A stretch of DNA of 47,163 nucleotides from Salisapilia sapeloensis CBS 127946 (taxonomy: Eukaryota > Protista > Oomycota), in contig JAADVB010000149.1 of NCBI GenBank assembly GCA_023334545.1, forward strand, positions 1-47,163, written 5' to 3'. The position numbers were made by a program, and so were the translations under genes. Each line of letters starts with the position of its first letter. Within the stretch, counting starts at the first letter, position 1. Below the pieces are notes generated by a model, which saw only the letters and a program-made list of their open reading frames with translations, was not told where the DNA came from and ran no database searches. Positions 22,281 to 33,830 of this stretch are shown here, one piece after another.

Positions 22281-23529
22281 AATGGCTTGCCATGGAAACG
22301 CTGCACTATCGTTTCGAGCATTAGCGTCCTTAAAGTCGAAGGCATGATGTTACGTTGGATTCCAATGTGCACTTTTGCTTGCTTGTTCATCTTCTATTGA
22401 CGAGATAACCTATTTGCCCACAGTAGGTAGAATGCAACTAAGTGGTAGTGATTCGCAATGTAAGAAAAGGCTTTCGGACGTGTAACATAAATGCTATCCA
22501 CTCTCGGACATTCGTATTAGACTCGTGCTTTATGATCAATGACATCGACTTATAAAGTGTCAATGCGAACCATGCGAACCAGCTCAGCTTTGACCTTATA
22601 CGTCTGGTTCTTAAAATTTGTTTATGATGCCATAGAGCAGTTAAAAAGCGAAAGCTAGTCGAGAGTTAGAGTAGAGTGCACGGATCAGCGATGATAGCGG
22701 TACCGACACCCACTGACTGGATACGACACCAATATGTTTGAAGTGCACCGTTACTCGGCGTATTTGTCTGAAGTTCGCCTCGTGCGATCTGAAAACACTT
22801 CGAGTCACGAGTAGAAAAGATTCAATATAGAGAATGCGAATCTCTGTACTAGGCAGTACGATTGAACGGAAGCAAAAGCGGAAGCAAACGTATCGTTTGC
22901 AGTCTTACGAATCTTTCAAAGTAGTGCAGTTAGCGGTGTATGCAAACACAGTGCAGATGAAGATGGGCAACACACTATAACTCCCAACAAGATGTCATGA
23001 TGCTGTTAAAATGGATGACAATGGGTCGAGCTTCAGAGCATGACGGAAATGCCGACATACTTTAGACGAATCGCTATACAATGAAATGGACGCGAGGACA
23101 AATCTTTATGGTAAAAATCCAATTGATCCTTGCTTTAAAGAGAAACAGCAGGCACTAAGTAGCATCCAGCCTCATGAGACGTGCATCTTACCATCCACCT
23201 TTGGTTCAGCTCGCAGCTACAATCATCTTAAGGTATCAGCTTCCTACACTACTAATACATACAAATAGCTCATCATATTAGTTCCAGTCCGTTTCTGTTC
23301 TTTTTGCAGCTCTCTCAATACATTATTATCAAATTCACACGTACTTGCTCGCGCCTTCAGGGCACATCTACCACAAGTAACTTTCCGCCCTTCGAGAAAT
23401 CTTTTGTCCATCCCTTGAAGATCGCATACAAATTCCAAGTGAAATCAGTTGTTGGCTTCGAAGCATTGCCACCAACCACAAGACACGAAATCTCCCCAAG
23501 CATAATTCAATCAGATAAAGACAGCAGAA

Positions 23530-24192
23530 ATGGGCATGCAATTTGATAACTTGGACACGGACGTTGGTCTCAAGAAGCTCAATGGCTTCCTTACGTCCCG
23601 AAGCTACATTGAAGGAGTCTCGACCTCCAACGCGGACTATGAAGTCTTTAACAAACTCGCGTCGGCCCCGGACGCTGACAAATTCCCCAACATCTACCGT
23701 TGGTATGTTCACATTGCCTCCAAGTCTGGCCTCCGTGCTGCTTTGAGCAAGAAGGCCCCGGCCACTGCCGCCGCCGAGCCGGCCAAGAAGGAGGAAGAAG
23801 AAGACGACGACGACGACCTCTTCGGTGACGATGATGACGAGGAGGAAGACGAGGAAGCCAAGGCCGCTGCCAAGAAGCGTGCTGAGGAGGCCAAGGCCAA
23901 GAAGGACAAGAAGAAGCCGGCTGAGCGATCGCAGGTCGTGCTTGAAGTGAAGCCGTGGGATGAGAACACGGACTTGGAAGAGTTGGCTGACAAGATCAAG
24001 TCGACCGAGGTCGAGGGCCTTAAGTGGGGTGAAGGCCACAAGAAGGAGCCGGTCGCGTTCGGTATCTTCAAGTTGTTGGTTCAGTGCATCATTGTCGACG
24101 ACCTCGTTGCGTTGGACGATGTGACGGAGATCATTGAGCAGTTCGAGGACGACGTCCAGAGTGTCGAAGTGGCGTCCATGAACAAGGTCTAA
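23530..24192 (+). CDS. EEF1B: Translation elongation factor 1-beta/delta; intronless
   Basis: LKKLNGFLTSRSYIEG, NIYRWYVHI, acidic DDDLFGDDDDEEEDEE, SQVVLEVKPWDENTDL, PVAFGIFKL, VQSVEVASMNK. Confidence 0.96.
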   Translation: MGMQFDNLDTDVGLKKLNGFLTSRSYIEGVSTSNADYEVFNKLASAPDADKFPNIYRWYVHIASKSGLRAALSKKAPATAAAEPAKKEEEEDDDDDLFGDDDDEEEDEEAKAAAKKRAEEAKAKKDKKKPAERSQVVLEVKPWDENTDLEELADKIKSTEVEGLKWGEGHKKEPVAFGIFKLLVQCIIVDDLVALDDVTEIIEQFEDDVQSVEVASMNKV

Positions 24193-24611
24193 GCAAAGAT
24201 TTTTGCTCGGATCTGCTTTGTTTTTTCTTAGATGAAGCTTGCCAATCAATAAGAAAAAAGTGCAAATGCATACGAAGACGTTCCTGTTCCCTACAACATT
24301 CCTCTTCTCTCGAAAGTATCCTCGTGGATTACATCATCTCCATATTACATCATCTCTGTCCATCTTCTCCGCCTTTTGATTATAAATCTCCTGATGATAT
24401 CCTCATTTGGCATAAAGCGTCCAAATATGTTCACTTTCTGCAGATGAGTTTGACACGGAAGGTCCGTCATTAGTCAGTAGGTGTGTTGTGATTGGATAAA
24501 AGTATCTGCTAGCGCCACCGACTGCATTAAAACCCGAGAGCTCCTCGTCATTTCGAATTTTGCAAGGTAGCACCCACGCGATCTTCAAGTACACGAGCAG
24601 ACCTTTGAACC

Positions 24612-25827
24612 ATGGCAAGTGAAGTCGACCACTCGAACCCCATCACGCTCTCCCGCTTCATCCTGTCTGAGAAGGAAATTCAGTCCAATGCTGACCTCTC
24701 GATGCTCTTCTCTTCCGTCGAACTCGCTTGCAAAGTCATTGCGAGTGCTGTCCGTCGTGCCGGTGCGTTGTGTTAGGTCCTTTGTAACGAGTAGAAACTT
24801 ATGATTGATGTAGGTCTGACTGGACTGTACGGTCTTGACGGTCGGGAGAACGCCACGGGCGACGCTGTGAAGAAGCTCGATATCTTGTCGAATGACATTT
24901 TCATCAATTCTCTCCAGTTTTCCACCAAGATTGAAGTCATGGTGTCGGAAGAGAATGAAGACCCGATCCTTGTGGAGAACATTGGTGACGACGGAAGTAC
25001 GTTTTCATCGAACTTGGATGTTGGCAGTGTATTTATAGTCTCTGAATAGCCAAGTACTGCATTGCGTTCGACCCGTTGGATGGATCTTCCAACATTGACT
25101 GCAACGTCTCGACTGGTACCATTTTTGCCATCTACCGTCGTGCCCCGGAAGCCCAGGGCGGGTATGTCTGCATTCTATTCTACTCCTATCTCGTTTGCTC
25201 ATTCCTTTAAAAGATACAAGGACATTCTTCAACCTGGCAACAAGCTGGTTGCAGCTGGATACTGCATGTATGGTAGCTCCACACAGCTGGTGCTAACGTG
25301 GGGTAAAGGCGTCCACGGCTTCACGCTCGACCCGACGATTGGTGCGTTCATCCTGTCGCACAAGAACATCCGTATTCCGGATGAACCCAAGACGATCTAC
25401 TCTTGCAACGAAGGCAACTACGCTCTCTGGGACGCCCCTACCCGTGCCTTTGTTGAAGAGTGCAAGAACAAGACGCCCAAGCCATACGCCGCGCGTTACG
25501 TCGGCTCCATGGTTTCCGACGTCCACCGTACGTTGCTGTACGGAGGTATCTTCTTCTACCCGTCGGACTCGAAGAGCAAGGACGGAAAGCTCCGACTGCT
25601 CTACGAAGCCAACCCGATGTCTTACATCGTCGAACAGGCTGGCGGCATGTCCACCACTGGCACCCAACGCGTCCTCGACCTCATTCCTGTACGTCTATTT
25701 ACTTCACTCGTCCTCGTCTACTTCTAACAATTGCTTCTAGACGAACATCCACGAGCGATCGCCTATCTTCCTCGGTTGCAAGCGCGACGTCTCTCGTGTC
25801 ATTGAGTTGTACGAGCAGCACAAGTAG
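24612..25827 (+). CDS. FBP: Fructose-1,6-bisphosphatase class 1, 5 exons
   Basis: Exons 24612-24762, 24814-24996, 25050-25161, 25214-25688, 25741-25827. Motifs [60 protein letters not shown]. Confidence 0.96.
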
Positions 25828-25885
25828 GTGTGGACACGATCATATAACTGGAAAAACATAAACGGAAGAGTTCTTTCATTTAAAC

Positions 25886-27599
25886 CTACATGTCTGCCAC
25901 GGCGTATCGATACGCATCATCATTTTCAGCTGACTTTTGATTCTGATGCAGCAAGAGCTTTTCTTCCCATCCGTTCCCACGTACGACACCATCCCAGCGG
26001 TATCCTGGCGTAATGTTAAAGCGATTCTGAGGTGGAGGAGGACCACTGTACTTTGGCTTGCCCCCCTTCTTCTTTTTGGATTTTTTGGACTTCTTTTGGA
26101 ACACACTGCTATTCATCGGATCGAACCAATGCATGCGCTCCTTTCTCTTCTTCTCTAGCTCCTCATCATCTTCCTTTCGAGCAAATGGAAGACTCTTTGC
26201 ACGTGCCATCTCTTCTTCTCGGTCAAGAGCTTCCTGCTTCTGGACTTTACCAGTGCCCCACTCGTACTCTTCTCGAGCCTCTCGTTTCCTCTTGCCTTCC
26301 ATGAGCTCCTGCTGGCGAGTCATTTCGTTTAGCATGTCTAACTTTCGACCTCGACGATCACGATAGACCGTCTCGGCCTGAGCGCCGAGGTCCTTGTCGC
26401 TTGCACTGTTCATATTGTCCTTGTCGGTTCTCGATTTTTCCACCTGGCTTTGGAACTCTTCCTTTGAAAAGAGACCAGCTTTGCGCGGTGCCTCCTCTTC
26501 TGAATGAGTGCTTTGTCGACGTGGAGACGCGTCTTCCTTTGCTGGGCTAGACTCGGCTCTAGATGCCTGACGTCGACGTGGAGACGCATCCTCCTGTCGA
26601 GACGACTTTCTACGACGAGGTGGAGAAGCGTCCTCCTGCCTGGATGACTTTCGACGGTGTGGCGGAGACGCATCATCCTCCTGCTTGGATGACTGGTGAC
26701 GACGATGAGGCGAAGTATCCTTCTGTCTGGATGATTGCCGACGGTGAGGAGACATTTCGTCTCTATCGTGGGAAGGCTTTCGACGACGAGGAGGGGAAGC
26801 ATCCTCTTGCTTTGATGGCTTTCTGCGACGAGGAGGCGAAGCATCTTTCTCTTGTAATGACCGTTGACCGCGTGACGGAGATGCATCGCCTTCCTGAGGT
26901 GATTTTCGACGATGAGAAGGGGGAGCGTCTTCATCTTGTTTGGACGATTGTCGGCGCGGTGGAGACGCGTCACCTTCCTGCTGAGATGGTCTCTGACGAC
27001 GAGGTGGGGAAGCATCATTTTGCTGGGAAGGTTTCCGACGGCGAGGTGGAGATGCGTCATCCATATCTTGAGCTGTTGGCTTATGTGGAGGGGATTCGAC
27101 CATGCTTTGGCTATTCTGTTTTGGCTTTCGTGGTGGAGAAGCGTCTGGTTCCTCTTGTTTGGCAGATGCACGGTACTCATCCAAGTAGTCCTCAGCATTC
27201 ACGTAGACAGGACGATCTTGTTCATCTTCGATATCGTCGTTTAAAACGACTGGTCGTTCGTCTATTTCCAAAGCTAGTATCCTTTTACTCCTTTCTATTA
27301 TGTATATATAGCCGTACCGTCAACATCATTACGACCCCAGTTCTCTTCAACAGCATCAGCATTCAGTGCGACAGCATCTAGCTCTTGGCTTTCGTCTACG
27401 ATGCGCAGTCCATGGCCAGCACTCGAGTGCTTGGTCTTCTTACGTAACTTCTTCTTTTTCTTCCTTTCACCATCACCTGTACACAAGTGCATCATTAAAT
27501 CAGTCTATAAGGAGATAGAAGAGCAAGTGAGGTGGCATTTAGAATACCTGTAGAACCAGAAGATAGGTATTTCTGCAAGTACTCGGCCTTGGAGCTCAT
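25886..27599 (-). CDS. BUD13: BUD13 homolog (RES complex), 3 exons
   Basis: Exons 27599-27548 (MSSKAEYLQKYL), 27476-27318, 27261-25886. SPPRR repeats, then AETVYRDRRGRK, WGTGKVQ, HWFDPM, PPPQNRFNITPGYRWDGVVRGNGWE. Confidence 0.92.
26515..27145 (-). repeat. Coding tandem repeat, about a dozen imperfect DASPPRR(R/Q)xSxQ units in BUD13
   Basis: Recurrent DASPPRR-like units spaced about 15-16 aa apart, visible in both protein and DNA (e.g. GACGACGAGG, GGAGACGC on +). Confidence 0.85.
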
Positions 27600-27815
27600 T
27601 TTCCTGCGTTCTGTCCACGTTTTGTGTCCAGTCCATAAAAATAGCTATCTTTATCTCTATTATGAGACCCTAGTTTCCACTAATGACATAATCATTTCAA
27701 GACATCTACTTTGTTACTCGCTGGCATGCGTGGAAACCTCATGGGAAACAAAGTCTGTAGTCAATACTACATTATTGTCATTATAAAGCACGTCGACCAT
27801 GTTTTACTTTTAAAT

Positions 27816-30800
27816 TTATCCAAACGCAGTTGGGTAGTCTGCAAACTTGCGTTCTACCTCCGACTCTCGTTCTGTCGGTTGACCAGAGCCGTAGAAACTC
27901 TCCTTGTTACCATCTGCAGGGATCCGAAGCTCCAGCTCTGCCACTCTTGTAACGGTCTGGGACAAAAGCATCATCGCTTGAGCGTACTGACTCTGCTGAT
28001 CATCAGCTCGTTTCCTCAGTTCAGCGTTCTTCTCCTCCAGCTCATTGATCCGCTGCTGCAAAGACGCCACTAGTTCGCTAGAGTACCTCTCGCTCTCGCC
28101 ATAACTTAGTGTTGTGTCACTCGTATTCCTTTCCACCTCTGCATGCTCCGACTTGCCACTCGTCGGAGGAGCAATTGTCATCTTGAGGGTCGGTCGACTT
28201 TTCGTCGAGCTTGTGGACGATCGAGGTCTGTTCAGAGGTCCATTCGAAGCCGGCGTGACAGTATCTGAAGTAGACGGCATAGCAGGTACGAACGATGTGG
28301 TGTCGCTCGTACTGTCTGCTTTAGTAACTGAAGACACATCGATTAGTTTGTGATCAATAGAAGACTTCTGTCTGCGCTGTGTCTGTAGCTGCGATGCACT
28401 CATTCGACTCGTAAACTGTGGACCCATGGTCGCAGATCCACGACCTAACACGGTCTGTGTCGAGTTTGATCGTTCCGCTCGTCCTTGGAACGACTTCGGA
28501 TGGAAACTCATGCTGGATAATTCATTCGGAGCAATGTCCTCCTTCTGCTCTGCCTTTGGAGCACTCGACGGACCTTCGGAGCGAGTGCTTTCGCCATTGA
28601 ACGTCGTACTCCGCTGCGTGCTTTGTGCGTCACGTCCGAGGAGAGAAGACGCGGACGACGACTTGCCGAGCAAGGAGCGAGACGAATGTGCATTTGGACG
28701 ATTGAACTGCGGAGCAGGGACTTCGCCCATCGGATCGAGATGGAAGCGACGGAAGCAGTCGCCACAAACGGACTGTTTCTTTGTGAAACCTGGCACCATC
28801 ATCTTACCAGCAACGTGCTTCCGACAGAGGTACATGTGGCAGCCTTTGCACTGGTGTTTAGTACGAAAGACGGAAAATTTTTTGTAGCAGACGTTGCAGA
28901 GAGCAGGGGAGCCGCCAGCTCCACCAGCAAGGAAAGAGTCTCCAAGCATGACAGTGTCTCCCTTGTCTGACGTGGTCGTATTCGTGTGAGAGAGTGGAGG
29001 CTGTCGACTGAACGACAGTTTCCCTTCGCTCGTCACAGACTTGCCTGGCTTCCGACCCGCTCGCTCGCTTTCACTTCCATCCGTCGTCCCATTATCATTA
29101 TGTACACTTGGAGAAGCAGGTTCGTAGTCTAGTATCGGCATATTCATGTCTTCAGACTGCTCTTCTTCTTCTTCTTCATGTTGCTCCATGTGGATACTTT
29201 GGGCGCCAGATCCTTTCCGACTTTCGTGTTCCTTCGTTCGACTCGACATGAACGACATGCTTTGACGAAGCAATTGGCTCTGACGTTCAATTTCACGCAT
29301 CGACTCTTCAATACGATTCGGTCCAGGCATGTCATCCTCACTACTGACAGGTTCATCGTCCGTACTGCTCGCATCGTTCAGATATTTTTGTTCAGCTCGA
29401 TGCAGCACGGCTAGGCAATCGCCAGGCATCTCTTGTTCCCTCGCGAGCTCAGCAGCATTCTGGCCAGCAGGTGTCCTCTCCAACACACAGCTCGGTCGTG
29501 CATGGCACAAGATCGCAAGAACTGCCGCAGTCGTCCTGGCTTTCAATGCGATGTGAAGTGGCAGCAATTGAGCTCGATTGCGCATGAGCACAGCCTGTGG
29601 ATAAGCAGCTACGAGCGCTTTGACTGCAGGTAAAGGCGCCTCGGTTTCAAGACAAGCCCAGTGCAGTGGCATCATCCCGTGCTGGTCTTGATGACTCGCC
29701 AAGTCCGGTTGTTCCGTTAGTCTCGAGACGAGGATATCCCACTTGCCCATCTCTGCTAGTCGAATACCTTCTTTCGATTGTCGATGACGTTGAGAATGGA
29801 ACGTACGAGTGGATTGAGATGGCTCTGGCACTCCTTTGCGTTCGAGACCAGACATCCTTTCGAGCGTAGAGTTTCGATCGCTTAAAGTCGAAGCGCGTTC
29901 AAGGGGCGCAGTGAGGCTCTCCAAATACGAAGTGGACGACTTCGTCCTCACCTCTCCTTTCACATCCGCTATTTCGGTTTCATCCGACATGCCTGTCGCT
30001 GGCGTTTGCGTGTCATGCACTTCTTTCTCATGATCATTACTTTCCACAACAGGAACTGGTGATACAGTTGTCGTTTCTGACTCATTTGATACTTTTGCAG
30101 GAACCGTTTCCGACTCCTCCTGAAGCTCTTGATTATCTGTTGAAATCGGTTTTTCAGATCGTTCTTTTAGAAGGAACTTTTCTTCCGTTTGTTCCTCGTC
30201 ATTTGTGCTCTTGCAGCGTTGTTTCTCGAGAAATTGGATCATTTCAACGACCGATCTACGTTTGTCTTTTGGAATGTTATCCACTGCCTTGTCAAAGGAG
30301 CTACTGGACCGGAGCCTTTCATGTTCCGATTCATTGGAATCTTTGTCTGATACAGACAGGGGATGAGGAGTGGCGTCACCATCGCCCACCAAGTCTGGAG
30401 GATTTGTGCGCTCTTCATCGATAGGAAGATCAATATCAACATCGTTGTCCTTGGCGATGTGCGCCATCTTGCTGTCACTCTTTCGACGATCTCGAATCGT
30501 ATCGGACTCGGTCATAAGCACCTCCTCGGCCTTCGAGTCCTCGCCCGTGGCTTTATCCATTCCCGTCTCGCTGTGAGAGGAAAGCGTGTGGATGTTACCA
30601 GATTCCATATTCGCTGGTACCTCCTCACTCGTGCTTCTTTTTACGCTTATCAGCGAATCAACTACCTCACTGATCTTCGCGTTCGCGTCCGTGCTGAGCT
30701 CCAATGACTGTGAGCTCGACAACTCTAGTGTCATTTGCTCTGATCCAGGTGAAGTCAGCGGCGGTTCGTGCGTACCGTCCGGTGCAGAGGGATTAGATGG

Positions 30801-30893
30801 AACAGATTGGATTGAAGCAGCTTGCTCCGTGTTCGACTTCTTCGCTGCTTTCGATTTGCTGGACGCATTCGCTTTGCGTGATTTCTTCCCCAT
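27816..30893 (-). CDS. 1025-aa protein with ankyrin repeats, FYVE-like zinc finger and C-terminal coiled coil; intronless
   Basis: Ankyrin-like GMMPLHWAC..LVAAYPQAV..RAQLLPLHIAL..GQNAAELA; zinc finger CNVC..F..FRTKHQCKGC..LCRKH..VCGDC; coiled coil SLQQRINELEEKNAEL; remainder low complexity. Confidence 0.85.
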   Translation of the reverse strand: MGKKSRKANASSKSKAAKKSNTEQAASIQSVPSNPSAPDGTHEPPLTSPGSEQMTLELSSSQSLELSTDANAKISEVVDSLISVKRSTSEEVPANMESGNIHTLSSHSETGMDKATGEDSKAEEVLMTESDTIRDRRKSDSKMAHIAKDNDVDIDLPIDEERTNPPDLVGDGDATPHPLSVSDKDSNESEHERLRSSSSFDKAVDNIPKDKRRSVVEMIQFLEKQRCKSTNDEEQTEEKFLLKERSEKPISTDNQELQEESETVPAKVSNESETTTVSPVPVVESNDHEKEVHDTQTPATGMSDETEIADVKGEVRTKSSTSYLESLTAPLERASTLSDRNSTLERMSGLERKGVPEPSQSTRTFHSQRHRQSKEGIRLAEMGKWDILVSRLTEQPDLASHQDQHGMMPLHWACLETEAPLPAVKALVAAYPQAVLMRNRAQLLPLHIALKARTTAAVLAILCHARPSCVLERTPAGQNAAELAREQEMPGDCLAVLHRAEQKYLNDASSTDDEPVSSEDDMPGPNRIEESMREIERQSQLLRQSMSFMSSRTKEHESRKGSGAQSIHMEQHEEEEEEQSEDMNMPILDYEPASPSVHNDNGTTDGSESERAGRKPGKSVTSEGKLSFSRQPPLSHTNTTTSDKGDTVMLGDSFLAGGAGGSPALCNVCYKKFSVFRTKHQCKGCHMYLCRKHVAGKMMVPGFTKKQSVCGDCFRRFHLDPMGEVPAPQFNRPNAHSSRSLLGKSSSASSLLGRDAQSTQRSTTFNGESTRSEGPSSAPKAEQKEDIAPNELSSMSFHPKSFQGRAERSNSTQTVLGRGSATMGPQFTSRMSASQLQTQRRQKSSIDHKLIDVSSVTKADSTSDTTSFVPAMPSTSDTVTPASNGPLNRPRSSTSSTKSRPTLKMTIAPPTSGKSEHAEVERNTSDTTLSYGESERYSSELVASLQQRINELEEKNAELRKRADDQQSQYAQAMMLLSQTVTRVAELELRIPADGNKESFYGSGQPTERESEVERKFADYPTAFG

Positions 30894-31700
30894 GACAATA
30901 GAGATGTCTCGAGTACCTTCGGGATAGGACCGTAGGTCTGTCCTTCAGTTTCCAGTTGCAAGCAAAAGACTGGAAATGTGCATCGATGAAATCAGTACGT
31001 TCGCCATCACTCCATTACCTATGTGATTCCTTCCGGATCTAGTCGTTGATCGCGCGGGCATAAAGCCATTGAGATCACATACAAAAGGAATAAGAATCGT
31101 CGTCGCATTGCGCGCTTCAAGCTGGTCGAATGTATCCTCGAAGTAGAACCTTTGAGAGCTCAAGGAGAATGTCTCGTGCAATTGAAGGGAGTAAAGGCTT
31201 GGAGCAAGGGGCTAGCGAATTATATCAACATCTATATTCGCGGAAAAGATATGATGTCAAGAAACAACATCGGTGACAGGAATGATTAGCCTTTGTCCCT
31301 TGAGAGCCTTCGCGAAGAAACATTACACATAGATGCACCTTTTGACAGGCACATCACGCCCATCATGCACATCTATATGAACCGCCGACGAACGCTTACG
31401 GTAGGTATCGCATGAAAGCCACCGCGAAACAAATAAAACTCTATCGTTTTGTACTGTATGTCGATCGACATGAACACCCTCTTTCTTGCCAGGATATCAT
31501 GTGCAATGTTTCACGTGATTCGATCACGAAGATAAACAGAGCCAAGTTGAAGCGCCAGGCTCAGCACCTTGCTGCGTTGAAACGGATAGATGGTCGTCGG
31601 TTATTTTAATATGGTCGTTTCATGAGATCTTTCGTCTACTACTAGTTTCCTTGAGTTCGTGAATAAAAACCAAAGAAGTTTTCATTAAGACGCAACTAGT

Positions 31701-33607
31701 ATGAACGACCCCTTTGGTGAGCTCGACCCGCTAGGAGGTCAAACCCGAAGAAACCCGTACCAGACATCTCCAGCAACTTATACTGCCAATGCCGGCATTT
31801 CTGGACAGTATGGATCGAACCAAGCACCGGGAAACCCATTTGATACGTATGCAGGGTTCTCTCCTGCCAACTCACATCTTCCGACTCAGCAACAACTCTA
31901 TAATATGAACTACTCCAATACGCCACCTCCAGCACCCTACAATGCTAGTTATCCAACCGCACCATCCACTTCCTACCCATCATTTTCCATGACGGGTCAA
32001 ACACCAGCTTATAACCAACCTTCGCCGCCGGGTAAGCAAGCTTCGGATATTAACCCAACTCAGCCTTCATTTGGACATCCGATGAGCTACGGATCTCCAT
32101 TTACAACCCAGCAAGCATATCCGCCGGCTGGAAGCATGAAGGACTACAATGTGCATTCTACTGAGCCCTCTGTTAGAGCTCCGGAGCCTACCCATCCTCC
32201 GAACATTGCTGTAGACGCAGCACCACGTTCTTCTATCATTGCTGACTTTGATCCATTCAGTCCACATGAAGGAACGCCGCAATTTCCTTTTTCGTTCGAC
32301 TCGATGCGCGAACAGAATGCTGCCACGACTTCATCGGTTACCAGTAACCCTTCAGCACGTCAAGCTTCTGCGTTGGAGGATCGACTGGGCAATAGACGAA
32401 AGACACAAGAAGAACAGCGCACCCAACTCGGCTTTAGTCCTGATGCTTTTTTAATGAACACAGGCCAAAACAATGCGCAGCGTGTCGGTGGCGTATCCAT
32501 TCGTGACTTTGTAAGTACCTCAGAAAGTGGTGAGATGCAGTCTGATTACTCTAAACACCAGAAGCAAGCTGAGGAAGACACCTCGTTTTATGATTTCTTC
32601 TCGGACTCGAATTCCAATCCTTTTGTGCATGATGAATTTGATAATCCAGACGATAACGTGTCCTCCACGTCCAAGCATTCAGGACATCAAGAAGTCGATT
32701 CAGACGACAATGGGCTTGGAGAACGCGAAGAGGACGAATACGATATTACATTTGAGACTGGTACAAAGCTTGGTGTGTTATTAGAGCGCGTGGACTGGGT
32801 AAATAGAGCTGAAGACAAGAAATATCAAGCTGCCGTTGTGAAGCTTGTGATGGAGAACGGTGCAGCAGATGCACTTGGAGTCACTGTTGGCAGCTCAGTC
32901 GTTGGTATCAACCATCGTGATATGACCGACGAATCTTACGCGACGATCCTCCAACTCATCAAGACAGCGTCTAGACCGTTGCAGATGCGCTTTAAGCGAG
33001 GCACAATTAAGAAAGATACGACGCAAGGAGCGGTTCTTACTAGAATATCAAGTTCGCTCCAATCGGCACAACTAGTTCTAGCAGATCATTAATTCACATA
33101 CGATGTAGATGGCACGTTCAGTGTTGGCAACTTTACCCGAGGCAACGCTAATTGGGACACCAAGTACTTTGCATTTGGAGGAACAAGGATGGATGTGCTT
33201 CAGCTCTTTGTATCTCGAGCAGCTTATCATGAGGTATGAATTGATAATATTCTTGCCGCATTTATCTACTAACTGCTGTGGCCCGCACAAGTGTATCATT
33301 TCGCTGTATGAAAAGCGTACGGTGCACACGCAGATTCAGTCATTCCGCCTTTGCAGAGACCACAAGATTTCACCGATCAAAAGCAAAATCTACAAGGGAT
33401 ATGGTACGTCGTCCTTTTACACTATACAATTCACTTGACTAAATGGAAACCTCGTCATACGTAGGAAGTCTGCATTACTTTTCATTGTCAGTGCCCTCTT
33501 TGCGCTTTATTGCTGCCAAGTTTGCGAGTGAAGACTATAGCGTCATCAAGATGTTGTGGGATCACACCTTTGAAGCAATCGAGAGAAGGAAGAACAGCTA
33601 CGACTAG
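31701..33607 (+). CDS. Disordered NPF/DPF-motif protein with PDZ-like and C-terminal PH-like domains, 4 exons
   Basis: Exon 1 31701-33051 carries a PDZ-like fold (YDITFETGTKLGVLL..NGAADALGVTVGSSVVGIN..ILQLIKTASRPLQMRF). Three short introns add NWDTKYFAFGG..VLQLFVS..HYFSLSV..KFASEDYSVIKMLWDHTFEAI, ending at TAG 33605-33607. Confidence 0.8.
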
Positions 33608-33830
33608 AGATGAGCAATTGAACTTTAGAAGGCATAGCTATAACAGTAGGATAGATGGGATGACAAGTACGCTTTCATTGCATAAAAACTATAAATCTAC
33701 TTGAACTACAGATTGTTAATTACCGAGTCGTTTCATTCGCCTGCATCCTCAAGTATAAAGTTTATTTTCGGATTAAATCTCGAGAAAGCTTGTGAATCAT
33801 ATTGTCCGTGAGTAAACCTTTAGTAGATTG

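Noticed and set aside
23086-23268. MDARTNLYGKNPIDPCFKEKQQAL as a twin-CX9C (COX19/COX23-like) protein
   Set aside because: The second Cys is absent (Ser) and no splice path restores a CX9C pair.
30945-31700. Protein-like fragments on the minus strand (LLPSIARDILLELSKVLLRGY)
   Set aside because: Could not be linked to a start codon through compatible splice sites.
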